Assembly: GCA_051294905.1 (NCBI GenBank)
Contig: CM119374.1
Location: 22,258,001 to 22,322,000 of the forward strand
Direction: 5' to 3'
DNA length: 64,000 nt
Source: Botryllus schlosseri
Taxonomy: Eukaryota
Shown: positions 9,149 through 23,849 of the stretch, piece by piece
How positions within the stretch are numbered: the stretch's first letter is position 1
How the letters are laid out: every line of letters begins with the position of its first letter
Notes under the pieces: generated by a model
Database searches by the model: none
The model's input: the letters and a program-made list of their open reading frames with translations, nothing else
Told to the model about the DNA's origin: nothing
Translations under genes and position numbers: made by a program

Positions 9149-12100
9149 CACCGTATTTGTAATACTGCAAACCTCTACCAATCGTCTTGAGTAGATTGAG
9201 TCAATTAACGGAAAGGGCAAGCAATAATGAGTCTTCAGGATGATTTCGATTTATAATCACGCCTATATGCTTATTAATCTGATTTATACTTCACACCTTC
9301 CAAGCGCCAGTCACGTTTAAAGCCTTGGTGAGACCTGAGAATTGGATCAATCTCTTTCGTGGCAATATCATTTGTATTTGAGCATTCTTATTGCCTAAAG
9401 CACTTTATTTTACTTTCTTATCTTTTATAATCCGAATGGTCTTACTTCCTATAGGCCTTATCCGCAATCTCGGATGTTTTATGCCAATCAGTACCAACCT
9501 TTTTGGTGCCGTGTACCCCTTCCGCCGAACATTATTGTACACTACCTCAGTATTGCAAAGGATAACCGGGGCCGGGGATAACTAAATGGGAAATTTACGT
9601 ACGATAGCATACATTTAAACCTAGCCTCATAATCTCCACTTATATTGCTACACTCGCCAGCATTTACTACAACGAAATAAACCCGCACATTTATACTAGA
9701 CGAATTTGATATCTCGATGTCAGTGGAACGTAAGTACTGCAATACGACCATACAGAGTCAGGTACTTCTGTGTATTGCTGTGGAAAAGAGTAGCAATCAC
9801 TCACGGATCAGGCACATCTAACATTGTCAAGTCTGAAGTTACTTTACTGCAAATAACTGATGCCATTACATTTTACAACATATTTTTGGAATGATAACTT
9901 TACCATAAGGACGGAGACCAGAGAGAGGAACTCGCTAATATCGATCGTTACTATGCGCAACCAATCACATTCGTAAGACCTGCAAATAGCCAATCACGTA
10001 TCAACACAGATTGCTAAGCTAAAACCGCAATGAAATCAGTTTTCTGAAATTGAGCGTGAATAACAAAGTTACCTCGCTCATCGACTTTAGCGAAATGTCT
10101 TTATGTCATAGCAAAACCGCGTGCGTTTCTGTGTCGTAGCACTGCCATTCTAGACAACACAAAAATAATCTACTCACGCCTCCACAGCTTCCTGACACGA
10201 AACTGCCTTATTAGAGATTTTCAGGCATTGATGATCGGATTTCCTCTTGATAAAGCCTTTCGGGCAGCGACACCTTTGCTGTTTCGTGCAGTCTGAAACA
10301 GCAAGTATAAACAATAACGGTCTAATTACAGCAAAACAATCACAACACCCGCCAATTGCAACAAGCCTTACGTATGCGCGTGTAATGTCGTGTAAATGCG
10401 CAAGCTGAATTGTTCGGGAATGTACGCAACCGAAATATCCGAAAAAATTAGTATTGTATCACGTTTCCCATGGATACCCCTAGGGTTGGCCGAAACCCCA
10501 CACCATTTTGATGGATGTACTGCCAGCCATTTTGAGGCATATTCGCAGTTTCGATTGTAAACATTCCCGTCTGTTGCTCGGAAATATTTTTTAGAATATC
10601 TCACTGGAGATTAACGCCTTGTAAATAGAGCAGACGTATCCCTTACAATATTAAACCAAATTCGCACAACTCACTGTTTAGGGAAAGTATGTGAGCCGAT
10701 AAACAGGAATTAGCGACCACTTGTCCACAGTATTGCCTATTTATATATTTCATTAGTTGTAATGTACGATATACCACAATTTTCTCCTGGAGTTCCCGAA
10801 TTCTCATACCAAGGTGTATGAATATTATATACACATACACACGAATTACAACAATTTCTTGGTTTGTATTGTGATATATCCCCCTGTCCATTGACGCCAG
10901 ATTGGTGCTTAGACGCAATTAGCCAGCGAAATAGCTGTTTCGACGCAATTACATAATCAGCTCTATTTTGTGGTCTTCGATGTAACGCAAGGTAACGCCA
11001 CAGTGATTGAATTTAGTATATTTGAGATGTGACGTATAGACAAAATACAATGTGCTCAAGTGGTAGCCATGCGATAGCCATCAGTCAATTTGTACGTACA
11101 AGCCAGCGAAGTTTAATTCCCATTCTCGAGGTAATTGATCGAAATCAAGTCACTTAGAATACCAGGTATATGAAATTGTGTCAAAAAGGGACACGGAATG
11201 ATCTGTTAAACGGAATGCGTCACCTTAATTATGCCAAAATATTTGTTTTCGATCCTTGCGAAAACGAGATACGATGTCAGATATTAAATGTAACCAAAGA
11301 GTTGATGCGAGGCTGGGTGTTACGTGGATAGTTTCCGTGAATCAATTGATACACATACTTTTAAATATCTTCTTCTTAAATTTATTGCTTGTTCAGGACA
11401 TTTGCCCACCTACTTGTCGCGGGTATAATTTTGGGTAGCGAGGGCACCAGAGCGAGCTTTTAATATGTATGTCATATTTGATGAATGTCTTGCAACGAAA
11501 AATTTCTTCTCGCTTCTCGCGATTACCTGTATATTGTGTGTACGCGTTCGAGGTCACTGTATAGGTAGGGCATACTAGCCAATAAGCGAGACACACAGAA
11601 AAGTCGTTGCAACAATATGGCTTGATCACTAAAATGTGTCGACCTTTGCATTATACAAATTCGTCTGAATTTCGACATTGGTTGGTCTGGAAAATACCGT
11701 CGGATATCGTTGGCATGCTTTACTGTAGGGGTGTGATAAAACGGATGCGGGATCATGTGACACAGTTATTTCGGGGTCAACCCATTCCGCGCCGGAACAG
11801 ATGTAGGCGTGGAGTTTTAACCAACACAGGGCTGGGTTAAGTGCGCTGCCAGCACTATCAGGGGCCCTACCCTGGCTAAAATGACCATCGCTGGTTGACA
11901 AAAACCTTGGATTTTATTGATATATCCGGTCGCCGAAATGGTACAGTTCTGTCTTTGCAATCTGCGCCGACAGTAGTGCAAATGCAGTTGAAATGCGACC
12001 CGCAGCGGAAAATAATGCACCATGATTTGAAAGCGTCCGAAAAAATGTTTCATAGCGCTACGTTGCGTACGACTGTCCTCTGCGCTTTCTATATGTCATT

Positions 12101-15092
12101 CATGCCCAGAAAAAGGTAGCATACTAATATTAGAAATGCATTCTTTGGGATGTGTGATGCTGGGGTCGCAAGATGTCACTAAACTCAGATTTGGGTCGCG
12201 GCCCAAAAAGTTTCAGAACCACTGCCATATCAGGACATGAGTGCATAGTAAACATGTATAGTAAGCATCATGTCGCTTGGAGGTTGTGAGTAATCATGCC
12301 CATGAATAGAAGTCGTCCGCGAAGTTTTCAAAAAGCAAAGCAACCGAACTGTGACCTATGACCATGCTTTGTCGTGGCGCGCAATTCTTGTGATACCGAG
12401 ATAAGCGCTATTGTCGTTGTTACGTGAATAATAACAAGAACCACAGAACAAACCAGTATGTTGTAACCTGATGCAGACAACGGCTGCTCATTACTGGCTA
12501 TAAATATAAAACGGTGCAATTATCGGATTAGGAGAAGAGGCGGTATCATGCACCTTGGTGACTCGGGATTGGCAATTGTACATCATGACTTTAAGTCAAA
12601 TCCTAAATTTCATAAATATGAGGTCAGTAGGTTCCCAAAAAAACAGAAGACTAAATCGAATGGTTCTTTGATCGATATCAAAACAGAATTATCATCCGTT
12701 TAATTCGTATTTTAATCTTTGTTTTCCGAAGAATACGGCTATACAAGGGACCAACGAGACAGAAATAGCATAACCCGTAGATATGTGTAAATTCGAGGCG
12801 AAAACGCCAAAAAAATATCTACATTATTATCTATTACTAGAATGTGTTGATTAATTATTACTTGATTTCTATAAATGTCAACAGCGACCTCGAGTGAGCG
12901 TATAGGTAGAATGGACGCGATGAGCATTTACAAAATCTTTTCACAAGCAATCATCCGTACGTGCAACAATCAATGTAAGCTGGGCAGGAGGCATAATTGC
13001 CCACATTGCAGCATGCACGGATCGCAAGCACGCAGTAAAAGGCTTACAGTGTAATCCTTATCGGGGTATATTTGACGGTTCAATTGAAACGGTGCTTCAA
13101 AACAATGATCATTTTACACAAGATCTTAAATCTTCACCTACTGTAGTCTAGACTATAATTTCTATAAATCATATCCTTCAACCGTTTTATGGATCGTTTC
13201 TAATGTATAAGAACCATATCTATAGCGCAGATCACATATTCTTTAATTTACATGCCCGATAACTTTTAGATATATTTTCTGAATTGAATAAGGTATGTTA
13301 TTACGGATTGTCTTGTGGCTTAGAACGTTTGTATTGTATCTTCTTGGAAAAAGAGCCATGATTACGGTGACAAACAGCTTTCTAACAATAATAATTAGAG
13401 TCCTCCATGATACGGGAATATGCTACATCCGCAATTGCAAAAATCCTTCACGTTACAGGCGGTAATCCAAGCTCGATATTGAGTGACTGCGACTTGAATG
13501 TGCTAGATTCCATGATGTCGTATATACTCAGCAATTATAGTGGAAGTTGCATTTCAATTCTTGCCGCTTCATAGCGAAGGCATTTCGCATGCATCGCGAC
13601 ATATCTATCATTATTATCAATCTGAGTATACGCATGTTGAAACTCTTGACTTCTAATGTGAACCATTGCATCCCTCAACTTACTGCCCTGCTATGAGCGA
13701 TATTGGCTTTGGTGGATTTATTGGGAGCTTTCCACTCCATTTACAAATCACACTAATAGATGGTGGGTCTTCCTTCACGGATATGGGAATTGCAATAAGT
13801 TTAGTGAGCGACCGTGGTTACGAAATCAGCATCTGTGAAATCAACGCTGTGAAAATCTATTTTCAGTTCATAGAATAGGGCCGCTGTGTTGGGTCGTTCC
13901 GTGCAGATGTGAATAAATTCGATCGTTCCTCTTTTAGACGCCGGGAGCATGTGATCAAGATCTCGTAAATGAACATTGAGCAACTCAGCTGTATGATTAC
14001 TGCTTGACATAATCACCAAAGAGGGATGATCGATTATTATAAACCAATGTCAGTCACTCAGGACACCTGTCGGTGCTATTGCAGTGGGGATTTTAATCCG
14101 TTCCTACTTCGTTTGAACAATTCGAACAGCAAATGCTTGAACGAAGCTAAGCTGTAATTTTTTTTATTGTGAATTAAACCTTATGCAATGTGGTTGATAT
14201 CACCCTATGTTGATTAAGCACCTCTTTTTGTAATGGTCTCAATCCATCGGTCTCGACTTGTAACTATAAAGTACAGATTCCGCGATCGTATGACAGGTCA
14301 ATAAAACGCATATATAAACTCGGATTCAAGTTGATGTCGGTTTGGAATTGACGAATCATCTTTATAATGAGTATGTGTCGTCATTAATTACTACATCAAA
14401 ATCACTAATGACTTCACATCAAAAGCTAAGTGATCGATCAGGATAAGTAATTGACACGCCCTTCACATCAGTAACAACCATGATCTCATTCCAACAAGTT
14501 CTGAATCAAATCGCGGACCGGTATTTATCTGGTTATAGTCAAGGTCAGGTATGTAAGATGGTGATCGACAGCCAATATGACTGCACGCCCCATTCGAAAA
14601 TATATAGGTAGGAAGGTGCATCGGTATTACATCGAGCAAAATGGCGAAGCGTAACTTATGTCCGACATTCGTCCATCGACCTATGACCAGGATGGAATTC
14701 GGGAGTAAAAGTCATTGCAACAATGAAGCGAAATCCTCATCACGTGCGGAACAAGCGTGATGTCATCAGACTTGTACGAACTCACAGTCTAGTTGATTGA
14801 CGACCAACTAACTACCGGTTTGGTTTATTGGGTAGTTCTGGTTCTAGTTAACTGTGTGTTTTGAAAAGTGAGTAGTACTAGTTCTAGTTCTATAGTTATC
14901 GTTTCGAAATTTGAAAATCCAGTATAGTTTTTGCAAGACGGGTGTCATAATGCGCGAGTAAAAACCTTTATTAGCAGGACAGACGTTTGGATCCAAACAG
15001 ATTACGGTCAGGGCCTGTCACTGTTACAACCCGCACGATATAGACACTGTCCACAGTTGGCATGAACATATCCTACTATCGTTGAACCATAC

Positions 15093-15396
15093 CGTGTGCG
15101 ATTTTCTTGATTTTTGCGATGACCTCGTCCAAGGCGGGCGGTTTCTGCTCCCGCCTCCGTTTTAAACTCCCTTTCGTGCTCCCGGTGTACTCGGCGATCA
15201 CGTCGTGCATTTTCCGCATCGCCGGCTTCGCGCAATCGCACAGCTTCATCCATTTCGGGTCCTCCCGCACGATTCTCGAAGACTTGCTGTTCTCCTCGTC
15301 TAGCATTCGTTTGTCTTTCTCTCCCGGTTTTACCCCGTTGACGCCGGAGAGTACATATGTGACTAAAACCAGTGCTATCACTTTGTGAAAAGTCAT
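15093..15396 (-). CDS. Small secreted protein / prohormone-like precursor, first coding exon (unspliced stop at 15076)
   Basis: MTFHKVIALVLVTYVLSGVNG signal peptide, then basic sites DKR, RIVR and KRRR, and a CDC motif. TATA-like element ~70 nt upstream. Probable donor G|GTATGG at 15093/15092; a phase-compatible candidate exon 2 lies at 14680-14463. Confidence 0.7.
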
Positions 15397-15464
15397 GCTG
15401 GCGCACAAACGTTGAAATTGAGTCAAAAGGCTACAGCCGTCCCACGCTGCAAAGTAGTTCTATG

Positions 15465-15474
15465 CTTATAAATA
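15465..15474 (-). promoter_or_regulatory. TATA-like box for the 15396 gene
   Basis: TATTTATAAG on the minus strand, ~70 nt upstream of the ATG. Confidence 0.4.
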
Positions 15475-15555
15475 GTAAGGTTGCGTCTCTGATTCTGTTT
15501 CAATTCTAAATTATGAAAGCAGGAGGAATATGAGCTTAGAATTCCACATTCGGCG

Positions 15556-15831
15556 CTATAGCCGAAATAACAACTGGTATATTGCAAAGTCATCAGAACC
15601 TATATAGGAAGTGGGTGTGTCAGTTCGCTCTATCACAAAATCATATTTCTCGGTTTGTTCTGTTACAACAGGTCGCTGGCAGTAACCAATACTTCGCTGA
15701 TTTCGTACAATTTTGTGAGACAATTCTAGAGAATCGGTGCAAACCGGCTGAATCTGCTCACGGCTTACAGGTAAACAATAACACACGAAAAGGACAACAT
15801 ATAATCGGTAAATCCAGGGCGCATCACGCAT
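15556..15831 (-). CDS. Possible second small secreted protein (91 aa)
   Basis: ATG followed by hydrophobic WIYRLYVVLFVCYCLPVS, then an RNQR site and Cys residues. No paralog in the window to confirm it. Confidence 0.35.
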   Translation of the reverse strand: MRDAPWIYRLYVVLFVCYCLPVSREQIQPVCTDSLELSHKIVRNQRSIGYCQRPVVTEQTEKYDFVIERTDTPTSYIGSDDFAIYQLLFRL

Positions 15832-16863
15832 TCCTTCTTGTCAACTTTTCCAAGATTTGTTTGAGATATACAAGGGATTTTATACGTACTCCATATTCGG
15901 AGAATAAGCTTTGCTGCATGTCCTGCAGTTTTTACCACGGTCCTTGTTGGTAAACTACTATATTTGGATCAGTGCTATTTCAGAACCGGAGATGAACTGG
16001 CTCAGTGATCTTCCTACATAGAAATATATGTATATAGTTCTTGCCCTCAACTTGGAAACCCACCGAAATGCAAACGCTGCGAAGGCTATTGATTCTCCAG
16101 ATGACATGTAATAAATCTGGTACCAAACTTATAACTGGACATTACAGTTGAAACATTGTACTATTATTCAATATAATTGCAGTAACAGTTGAAAAACGAT
16201 TCAGTAATGAGGTGGATGGGATGAGCCTATTGAGGTAACGAGCAAATTCAGAACATGCCGAGATAATTGTCTTACCCTGATGTTCAACCTGCATCAGGGG
16301 CGTAGATTTGTCTTGACAATCAGGCCAGTCGTATATAACACCGGGAAACCGGGGGCCGAATATTGGCTTCCCAAGTTGCAACGCGCCAGACTTTATTAGG
16401 GATTGGTATCGGTATTGGTTAGACTTGACATCATCGGGCTACGCACATCTTATCTCAAAAATGCTTAGAGAGATAGTGGGCCGTGGTACACCGTACAAGT
16501 CGGCAGATCAAGGAATATCGGTCTGGTGTAAATTGACCATGGATGTCGAAACACCGTGAACACTAAACCACCACCACCACCAACAACAACACACCTTATC
16601 TGCGGGCCGCAACTAGTCCACGAGATGCTATAGCTACACACCCCTGGTCTATAATCTAACTGACCCGACACACGGCAGAAAACTGTTCACCATATGTCCA
16701 TCCCTAATGTACAAAATATTCCAGTAAATCTGTCTCCCACACACACCTACATCGCAATCGTAGTAATATCATTATTATAATGGATTATTGGTATTTACAC
16801 TTTCTTGACGAATACTGAGATCGGAGCATTAGCAGTAAAAAGACTTCTCGAATTAATCTAGAG

Positions 16864-17846
16864 CAGTGGTTCTCAACCGGGGGTCAGCGGACCCCTAGGG
16901 GTCTGCGAAACAATTCCAGGGAGTCCGCGAGACCTCTAAATTTGCAAAATGATAGATAGCCTAATTTGTAGGCTTTTTTAATTAGGGACAGCATGAGGAA
17001 GTTTCGCTCCACAACTGCTAAATCCTCATGACTCATATCATCAGAATAATCGTCTGACACGAAATATCCTACTGTGCAAATACCTTTTTAATTGCCAAAT
17101 TGCCAATTACCTACTGATACAAACATGTTTCTGTTTAGAGATGTTTTTTTGGGGGGTTGTGGGAAAAATATGGAAATAGTAAGGTCAATCAGGGTGACTT
17201 CGTAATGTTTGCGATTTGAATTTATCAGTCTCATCAAATAGTGAACAGTCGTTTGAAATAAAAATTCTTGAAGTATTTTCGCTAATTTGTCCTAATGAAA
17301 GAACTGAAACTTCGTCACGAAATTCATTTTAGCCTGTGATATAAATAACCACTGTTCCTAATAACTTCGAAAGGAGATGTTAGATAAAAAAGACTAGGCT
17401 CGTTCATCAAAAATATGTTTCTTCATTTTGGGGCAATAAATGTTGCGATCACACCAAAAGTGTCGTCGGAAGCGTTACGCGTTAATATTACATTAACCAA
17501 CATACATCTTTGTGGAAATGGATTTTCGGCACTTGTCCATATCAAATCGAAGACGCGGTTTTTCAAGGCACGGCCACAGCCACGTAGGCCTACTTCAAGA
17601 ATTACACCTGCAAAAATAGCTTTGAAATAGAAAAAGTCTACACAATTTCTACCTAAAAAGTATGATGTTATTTTCAAGAAACATCATTTTGTTGCTGTTT
17701 GTCACAAGCCTACTGTTCATATTTGCATAAGACAGATGACAGTTGCAGCCATAATGGAGCTAAATTTTAACTAAAACTGGGGGGTCCGCGAGAGTCCCTT
17801 ACGGTCAAAAAGGGGTGCGCGAAGACAAAAAGGTTGAGAACCACTG
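16864..17846. mobile_element. hAT (Charlie-like) MITE
   Basis: TIR CAGTGGTTCTCAACC; perfect TSD ATCTAGAG. Confidence 0.92.
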
Positions 17847-20800
17847 ATCTAGAGACTAAATGCTCAATTATATAGTATGGTGACTACTGTCAAGAGTCAA
17901 AGATTACTATCATTGTTATGTATGTGTATGTGTATGTATTCTGGGACCTCGTAGTGAACTGCTAGCATGCCGCCTACCGAACTGACATACCTCATATATA
18001 CTATTTCTTTCATGATTTAATTCAGTAACAAGAAAAGCATCGGAGAAGATATCCCGTTACAGGAAACATCTTTTTCGGTGAGGCCAAAATACTGATGGCA
18101 ACCACGTAGGGTTTTAATTTACGTCTTTATCTACTCTGGCTTCGGTTCATATAACTTGAAAATTAACTAAATCAACTCGGATATAATATATCGGGTCTCA
18201 TGCTCGCAGTGCCACTGCTATCAGTTTTCGATTCCAATCTGCAATATCTTATGAACCTGTAGTACCCGTTTAGAAAGACTATATCAGCAGATGCTATATG
18301 TGACACAGAATTAGTAGCGGATGGCTTAGCGATGAAAGCTCGTGAACAAGATTGCGCCTGGGGCGAGACTTTCGTCCAAAGCGTACAGCGCGATCGCTAG
18401 AACTTTTTGAGGTTGGAACACTTGATCTCTCGCACTTTTTGAATGAACTCATTTCCTAAATACTTTCGCTCTGCCGTTTGGAATGACAGACGTGACGCTG
18501 TAATCCCCCATTCACGGTGGAGGTATGTCTACACAATTTTTCGTAATATATCGAACGAACTTTTTTGCAATATGATAAAATTAACACCAGAAAAAAATAT
18601 GTATCAGTCTATTCACATATCGTACTTCATTTTTCGAACACAATATATCTGTAACTTCCTAAGATAATATTATAGCTTCAATCTCATTTTGTTGCGTTTA
18701 TCCCTTATTAGTGTGGCTGCTACGGTTCCAATCTAAAGTTTCGATCGATAAGAAACATTTGGGTATTCAACTCGTGGCAGGTATATTTCTATTGAAATTA
18801 ACTAGTTTTCGGTAGCTGATGATGGGAAACAGTGGTTCGCAAAAAAAAGTATTTTCTTTTGAATCGTTCAATTCTCTATATAATCAACATAGTCTCCTTG
18901 CACATCGATATATCAACAGGATATCTATATAAACAACTGTTTTACCCGGATATCCATTATATAAAATAAGACAATAATTTAGCAGTTGTCCAATGAATAA
19001 ATGAATATCATCGACGTTTAGTAGATGATAAAACTTCCTCAAAAATTCAATCGACATAAAATTCAATTTATGTGTTATAGTTTGGTAATGGAAGGTAGAA
19101 AGTTGTAACGTAAAGTATCATCATATATCTTTGAGGTGTGCACACAGCTGACATATCTCCTAACGAAAATACCACGAAATAAAACGGCAATTACCTGGTA
19201 TGTATGTAATGTATGTATATCTGCATTATCTAATAGCCCTCATCATTGGCGAAGCTTCACGTCATCGGGTTATAACATGTATACGTGCACCGTGTGTAAC
19301 ACCTTTTTGTGACATGCATTTTTTTCTTCTAATTCTCAACCAGTATTAATTGCTTCAGATAAATATCAGTAGGTAGCTCGCCCACCGATATATACAATAT
19401 AACCAATCTAATCACTGAATCGTCACATTAATTGCATCGGCTAAATCATATAGATCGATTCCATTTTAATGTACATTGTAAATAGTCTAGCCTTTAGGTT
19501 TACAACCATCTTGATGCAATCGTAAGATTGTGATCGTGTAGATATAAGGTCATTGTGTCTGATCTTATATGACGTATATAAATCGGCATATCCACTACTT
19601 GAGAAACATAGAAACGGTGGGTATGAATTCCTGATCACGATAAGCTGGCAAAACTAGACATATGACGACATATTAGAAATAATAGGAAATTTCTAGAATT
19701 CTTGTCGCATTTTTCTCTCTAGTAAGACAGAAGCTCGAGAATGGGTCTAAAATAAATGGAGGCACGTTGTACAAAGGTGTGTTATGCTATGGATATATAT
19801 TTATCTAAATATTATATATTTCATAAGTTTTAACAGTCGGTGATGTTACAGTTGAATATTTTATTTCAATACTGCGACAACAAATATTTTATTTTTTATC
19901 CTCGCCTAGTTCAATGTAATAAACAAGTCTGCTTGCGTCTTCCAAAATATTCGCAATGGTCTCACATTCTAACATCCCCACTCTATCTGTAAACTTATAT
20001 CAATAGGTAACATGCAGCAGAATTGATGCGGCCCTTGATATATGTCAGGTATATGATGCGATTACCTATACCGGACACTTTCACAACTTTACCACAAACT
20101 GCAGCCCGAATTTTCTGTATCACTAGCACAAGGGCGATTAATCAGAGATTAGGCATCTTGCCGTCCGTCGCATTTCATCGTTCTATAATGTCGTCTCTTT
20201 AAACGTGACTGATTGCGTTTCTAAGAGCGACTCTGTCAGACTAATATTGCTTTGTTTAAGACATAACTATTTATGTTGGCAACATCGCTTCTAACGCCCG
20301 AGGAAGAATGGTGTCGCGATCACCATAGACCAGTACGCCAGGTTTGTTCCTCTCGATTCTCGGATCTAAAAGCATTTCGGCTGTCGGATTTATGAGACAG
20401 GAAGTACGCAGTGATGGGAAGCTAAGCTTCTGTTGAACAACGCCAATAATATTGTACAATGCTGATCCGTTATATTATATTGCATTGGAAATTTGAAAGT
20501 TGACGAATTGTATTCAAAAAATTAAATCCAACCTGAAGCAGTAAATGATTTATTAACATTTTATTGCAGCGAGAGTTATAGACTGTATCTCGCTGTTCAT
20601 GTGCAAAATATTACGGCTGGGTGGTAAACTTAGCAAATTTGTTTTCTATACCCTTCAAAGTTTTAGAGATTAGTACATTGAATATATAACAAATGCGAAA
20701 TAGAGTGTAATAGTCAGTAAATATTTCCCCGCCTGCCATTTTCATTCTCTAGAATCCGACCCGTGACCCCATCTTGAAGAGAATATGACTGAACGATATC

Positions 20801-23800
20801 CCAACATAAATTTTCGACCATTCAGGGCCTAATGCAGTTACATATTCAGGTGTGTAATACGCTGATATCGCCGATACTTTCAGCGGGTGAGCCCGCACAA
20901 TAATCTTTTAACAGTCTACTCTATATGCTGGCGAATCTTTGCATCCAACACAGGACACATCATCCCATCAAGTTCTAACTGTAGTCTAATTGTGCATTGT
21001 CCGCGACACATATGTATTGCTATTTCCTTTGTACTCTTTCATGTATATAATTAACTCCCAAAATGATGCACTTAAGTCTAAATTATGTAATTAGCGATGA
21101 CGTCGTCTTGTGGATGCTGGCGTTCTCGTTTCTAAATTGTTTGAGTGAGATTCCCAACCAAATCAATGACTACCCGCTTGCCAACCCATGCCGAAACACT
21201 CCCACGGTGGGAACGATATGTCGTCCGTTATCACTGCCTCCAGCAACGACAAAGACTTGAGATGCATATGATTATTGCGCGGTATCGAGTAGTTAAAAAG
21301 AATATCGCCTTCTTTACTGCCTTTTAAAGAGTTGTCAAAACAGTAAACGCGGATGGAATAACCACTGAGCTGTGATTGGCGGTTACCTGAAGCATTGATC
21401 GAGAATCGTAATACGTATCATGAATTTTACGGCATCTTCACTTCTGCAGGTTCTGATATACGGCGAGGCGCAAATCGCGGTTAGGCGAGATAACGAGAAG
21501 CATGAATACTTCATTTCCATAGAGTCACTGTGTCATAGAAGTACTTCGTTACTGACCACTTCTGATTATACATTATGGCCCTGCCATTAATTGATTCCGT
21601 TACTATCAACGCTGGTCGCAGCATGGTGCTCGGGAATCAGAAATTTATTTTCCATGGCGTCACTTGGTGTTATCTGCTCTGACCACGGAAAACTGCTTTT
21701 CTATAAGGAAATTTGTAATTTTAGCATGCTCCTTCCTCTGAGCGTGACGACATGAGCTATTATTGACGTGAATCAGTTAGCGACCTTTATTCGAAAATAT
21801 CATATGCCAATTCTCGACATTTGGAGCGCTTCGCCCGAATCTGCGGTATCAGAATTTGCCTTTCTCAAATTTAAATTCAGAGTTGCTATCAATACTTAGG
21901 AGCTTTCAACCTGACGAAATACACATTACACAGCCTGTATTATAGGAATATTATATAACGTAACCAACTCCTGGCGATCTGTATTATAGTTTGTTGAGAT
22001 CTAATATTCCCATACCTTATGATTTCTGTTCCCAGCCTCGAAACGCAGCGTAATTTTAGCCTGAGGATGTATATGTATTTATATCGGCTTATTGCTAATG
22101 GCTTATTTAACCTGGAATCGCCTTTGTCGACAGTCGCTTAAACATTCCAAGGTACATGCATCAAAGAATCTCCGATTCCATTACACGTAACGCAGGAAAT
22201 ATCAGCACCCATAAGGAATATTCTAAACTATTTTATATATTAGCATGTAAATAGCATGTACCGAACCTTATGTAAATATTAGGATTTTAGCATGGGTGTT
22301 GACCGAAAACACTGATTTTCAGTTTCTAATATTTAGTAATATTTTTTCGAAACTGAACCAGGATAACGAAACCTCGGCAATCAAACAATATTAAACAAGA
22401 ACAAGAACATGTATTCATCATCATCATTGGTTTATTAGCAATTTGATCAGTTCAATACACCACAAAAATGCGATACAATGAAAAGACAGGAAGATGTCGA
22501 AGCGACTTGGAGTAGTCTATGGAATCAGACACCCACCCACCACATCGCTGGATTTATTCACTAATGAATTAATCCGCTATATGAGCACGGAATCGCATCA
22601 TAGACGATGCTTTAGTATTTTTATCTAGCCAATAAATTTCATATTTAATGTTATAGTCATACATCCATGCTATGAGATCACCTTCACCATACGGTGTTCT
22701 GCGGTAATAGCAAAATACTTTGCAACCTTCTAAGCATGACTATCTGTGTATGTCACCAGAGGGCAGTATTGCCCAAACACAGTGACAATTTCCTCCGCGG
22801 ATTGTGCTACATTGGGAAGGTTTTTTAATGACTCTCTGTGAATTTTTGCAATCGATGAACATGAATGAACATACTCCTAAATGCAGACGCGCATAATAAT
22901 TGCATTGAAAGATCATGCATTTCTTTTATGAGTTGAATAATCATAACACTCTGCACGGTGGTAACACGGTATATATTAGTATGCGCGCCTCTTCATAGGA
23001 CTATCAACCACTGCTGGTCACCAGACGGCGTTCATTACAGTTTCTAGCGTGTTATACTTGCCTATGAATTATACCATTGTGGGGGTCATAATATCAAACA
23101 GATGTTTGAACGTGTTCACTCGTCAACGATGAAGTCATTCAGATTACTGTTTTAGTTAAAGGTTTAAACCCCGTATATTCGTTTGAAACGATTGCTTCAT
23201 GCAGACTTGAAATAGACGAATGAGTGCGTAGTAAATGCGTTATTTTATGACAACGATAGATCATCATCATCTTATATTTCAGTATATTGATCTTACTGTA
23301 TATTAGCGACCGTCATCTTGTAATATACACGTTAATAGTGTCATATAGTTCGTAGCCGTGACGTACACGGTTGATAGGCAGGCACATTAGATAAGGAGAT
23401 TATTAATTTATTTACACTGTCAAGCGCTTTTCCTAGAACGAATTAGTCGGATGGAAATGGCATGTACATCCTGACACAGTGTACTTTCGGAGTACCCGAT
23501 TGAGTACCGATTTCCTGTAACGATATTGAGGACTATAATCACATAACCACATCATTGCACAGCATCAATATTTCATGACCTTTTTGACGTGTTCAAATGG
23601 TTCGCCAAGGTGATATATGTGGGATGAATGTGAGTTGAGGTTGCTATCTCGATCGTCATATTCTGCTGTTGATATTCGCTATGGGATCCGTGATATGGTA
23701 ATTGGTTCATATGATTGATGTTCGACTTTTACTGCAACCGGTTTTACAGTTTGTGGAATCTTTTGCGTTGATGCGGGCAGACTTGTTGGCAGTGATAGTC

Positions 23801-23849
23801 GACGTAGTCATCATTTGTACTCGAGTACGAGTAGAAGTAGCGATTTCTA

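Noticed and set aside
22410-22900. Possible LINE 3' end on the minus strand (AATAAA plus ATG repeats)
   Set aside because: Only the tail pattern is suggestive; I found no convincing reverse-transcriptase motif upstream.
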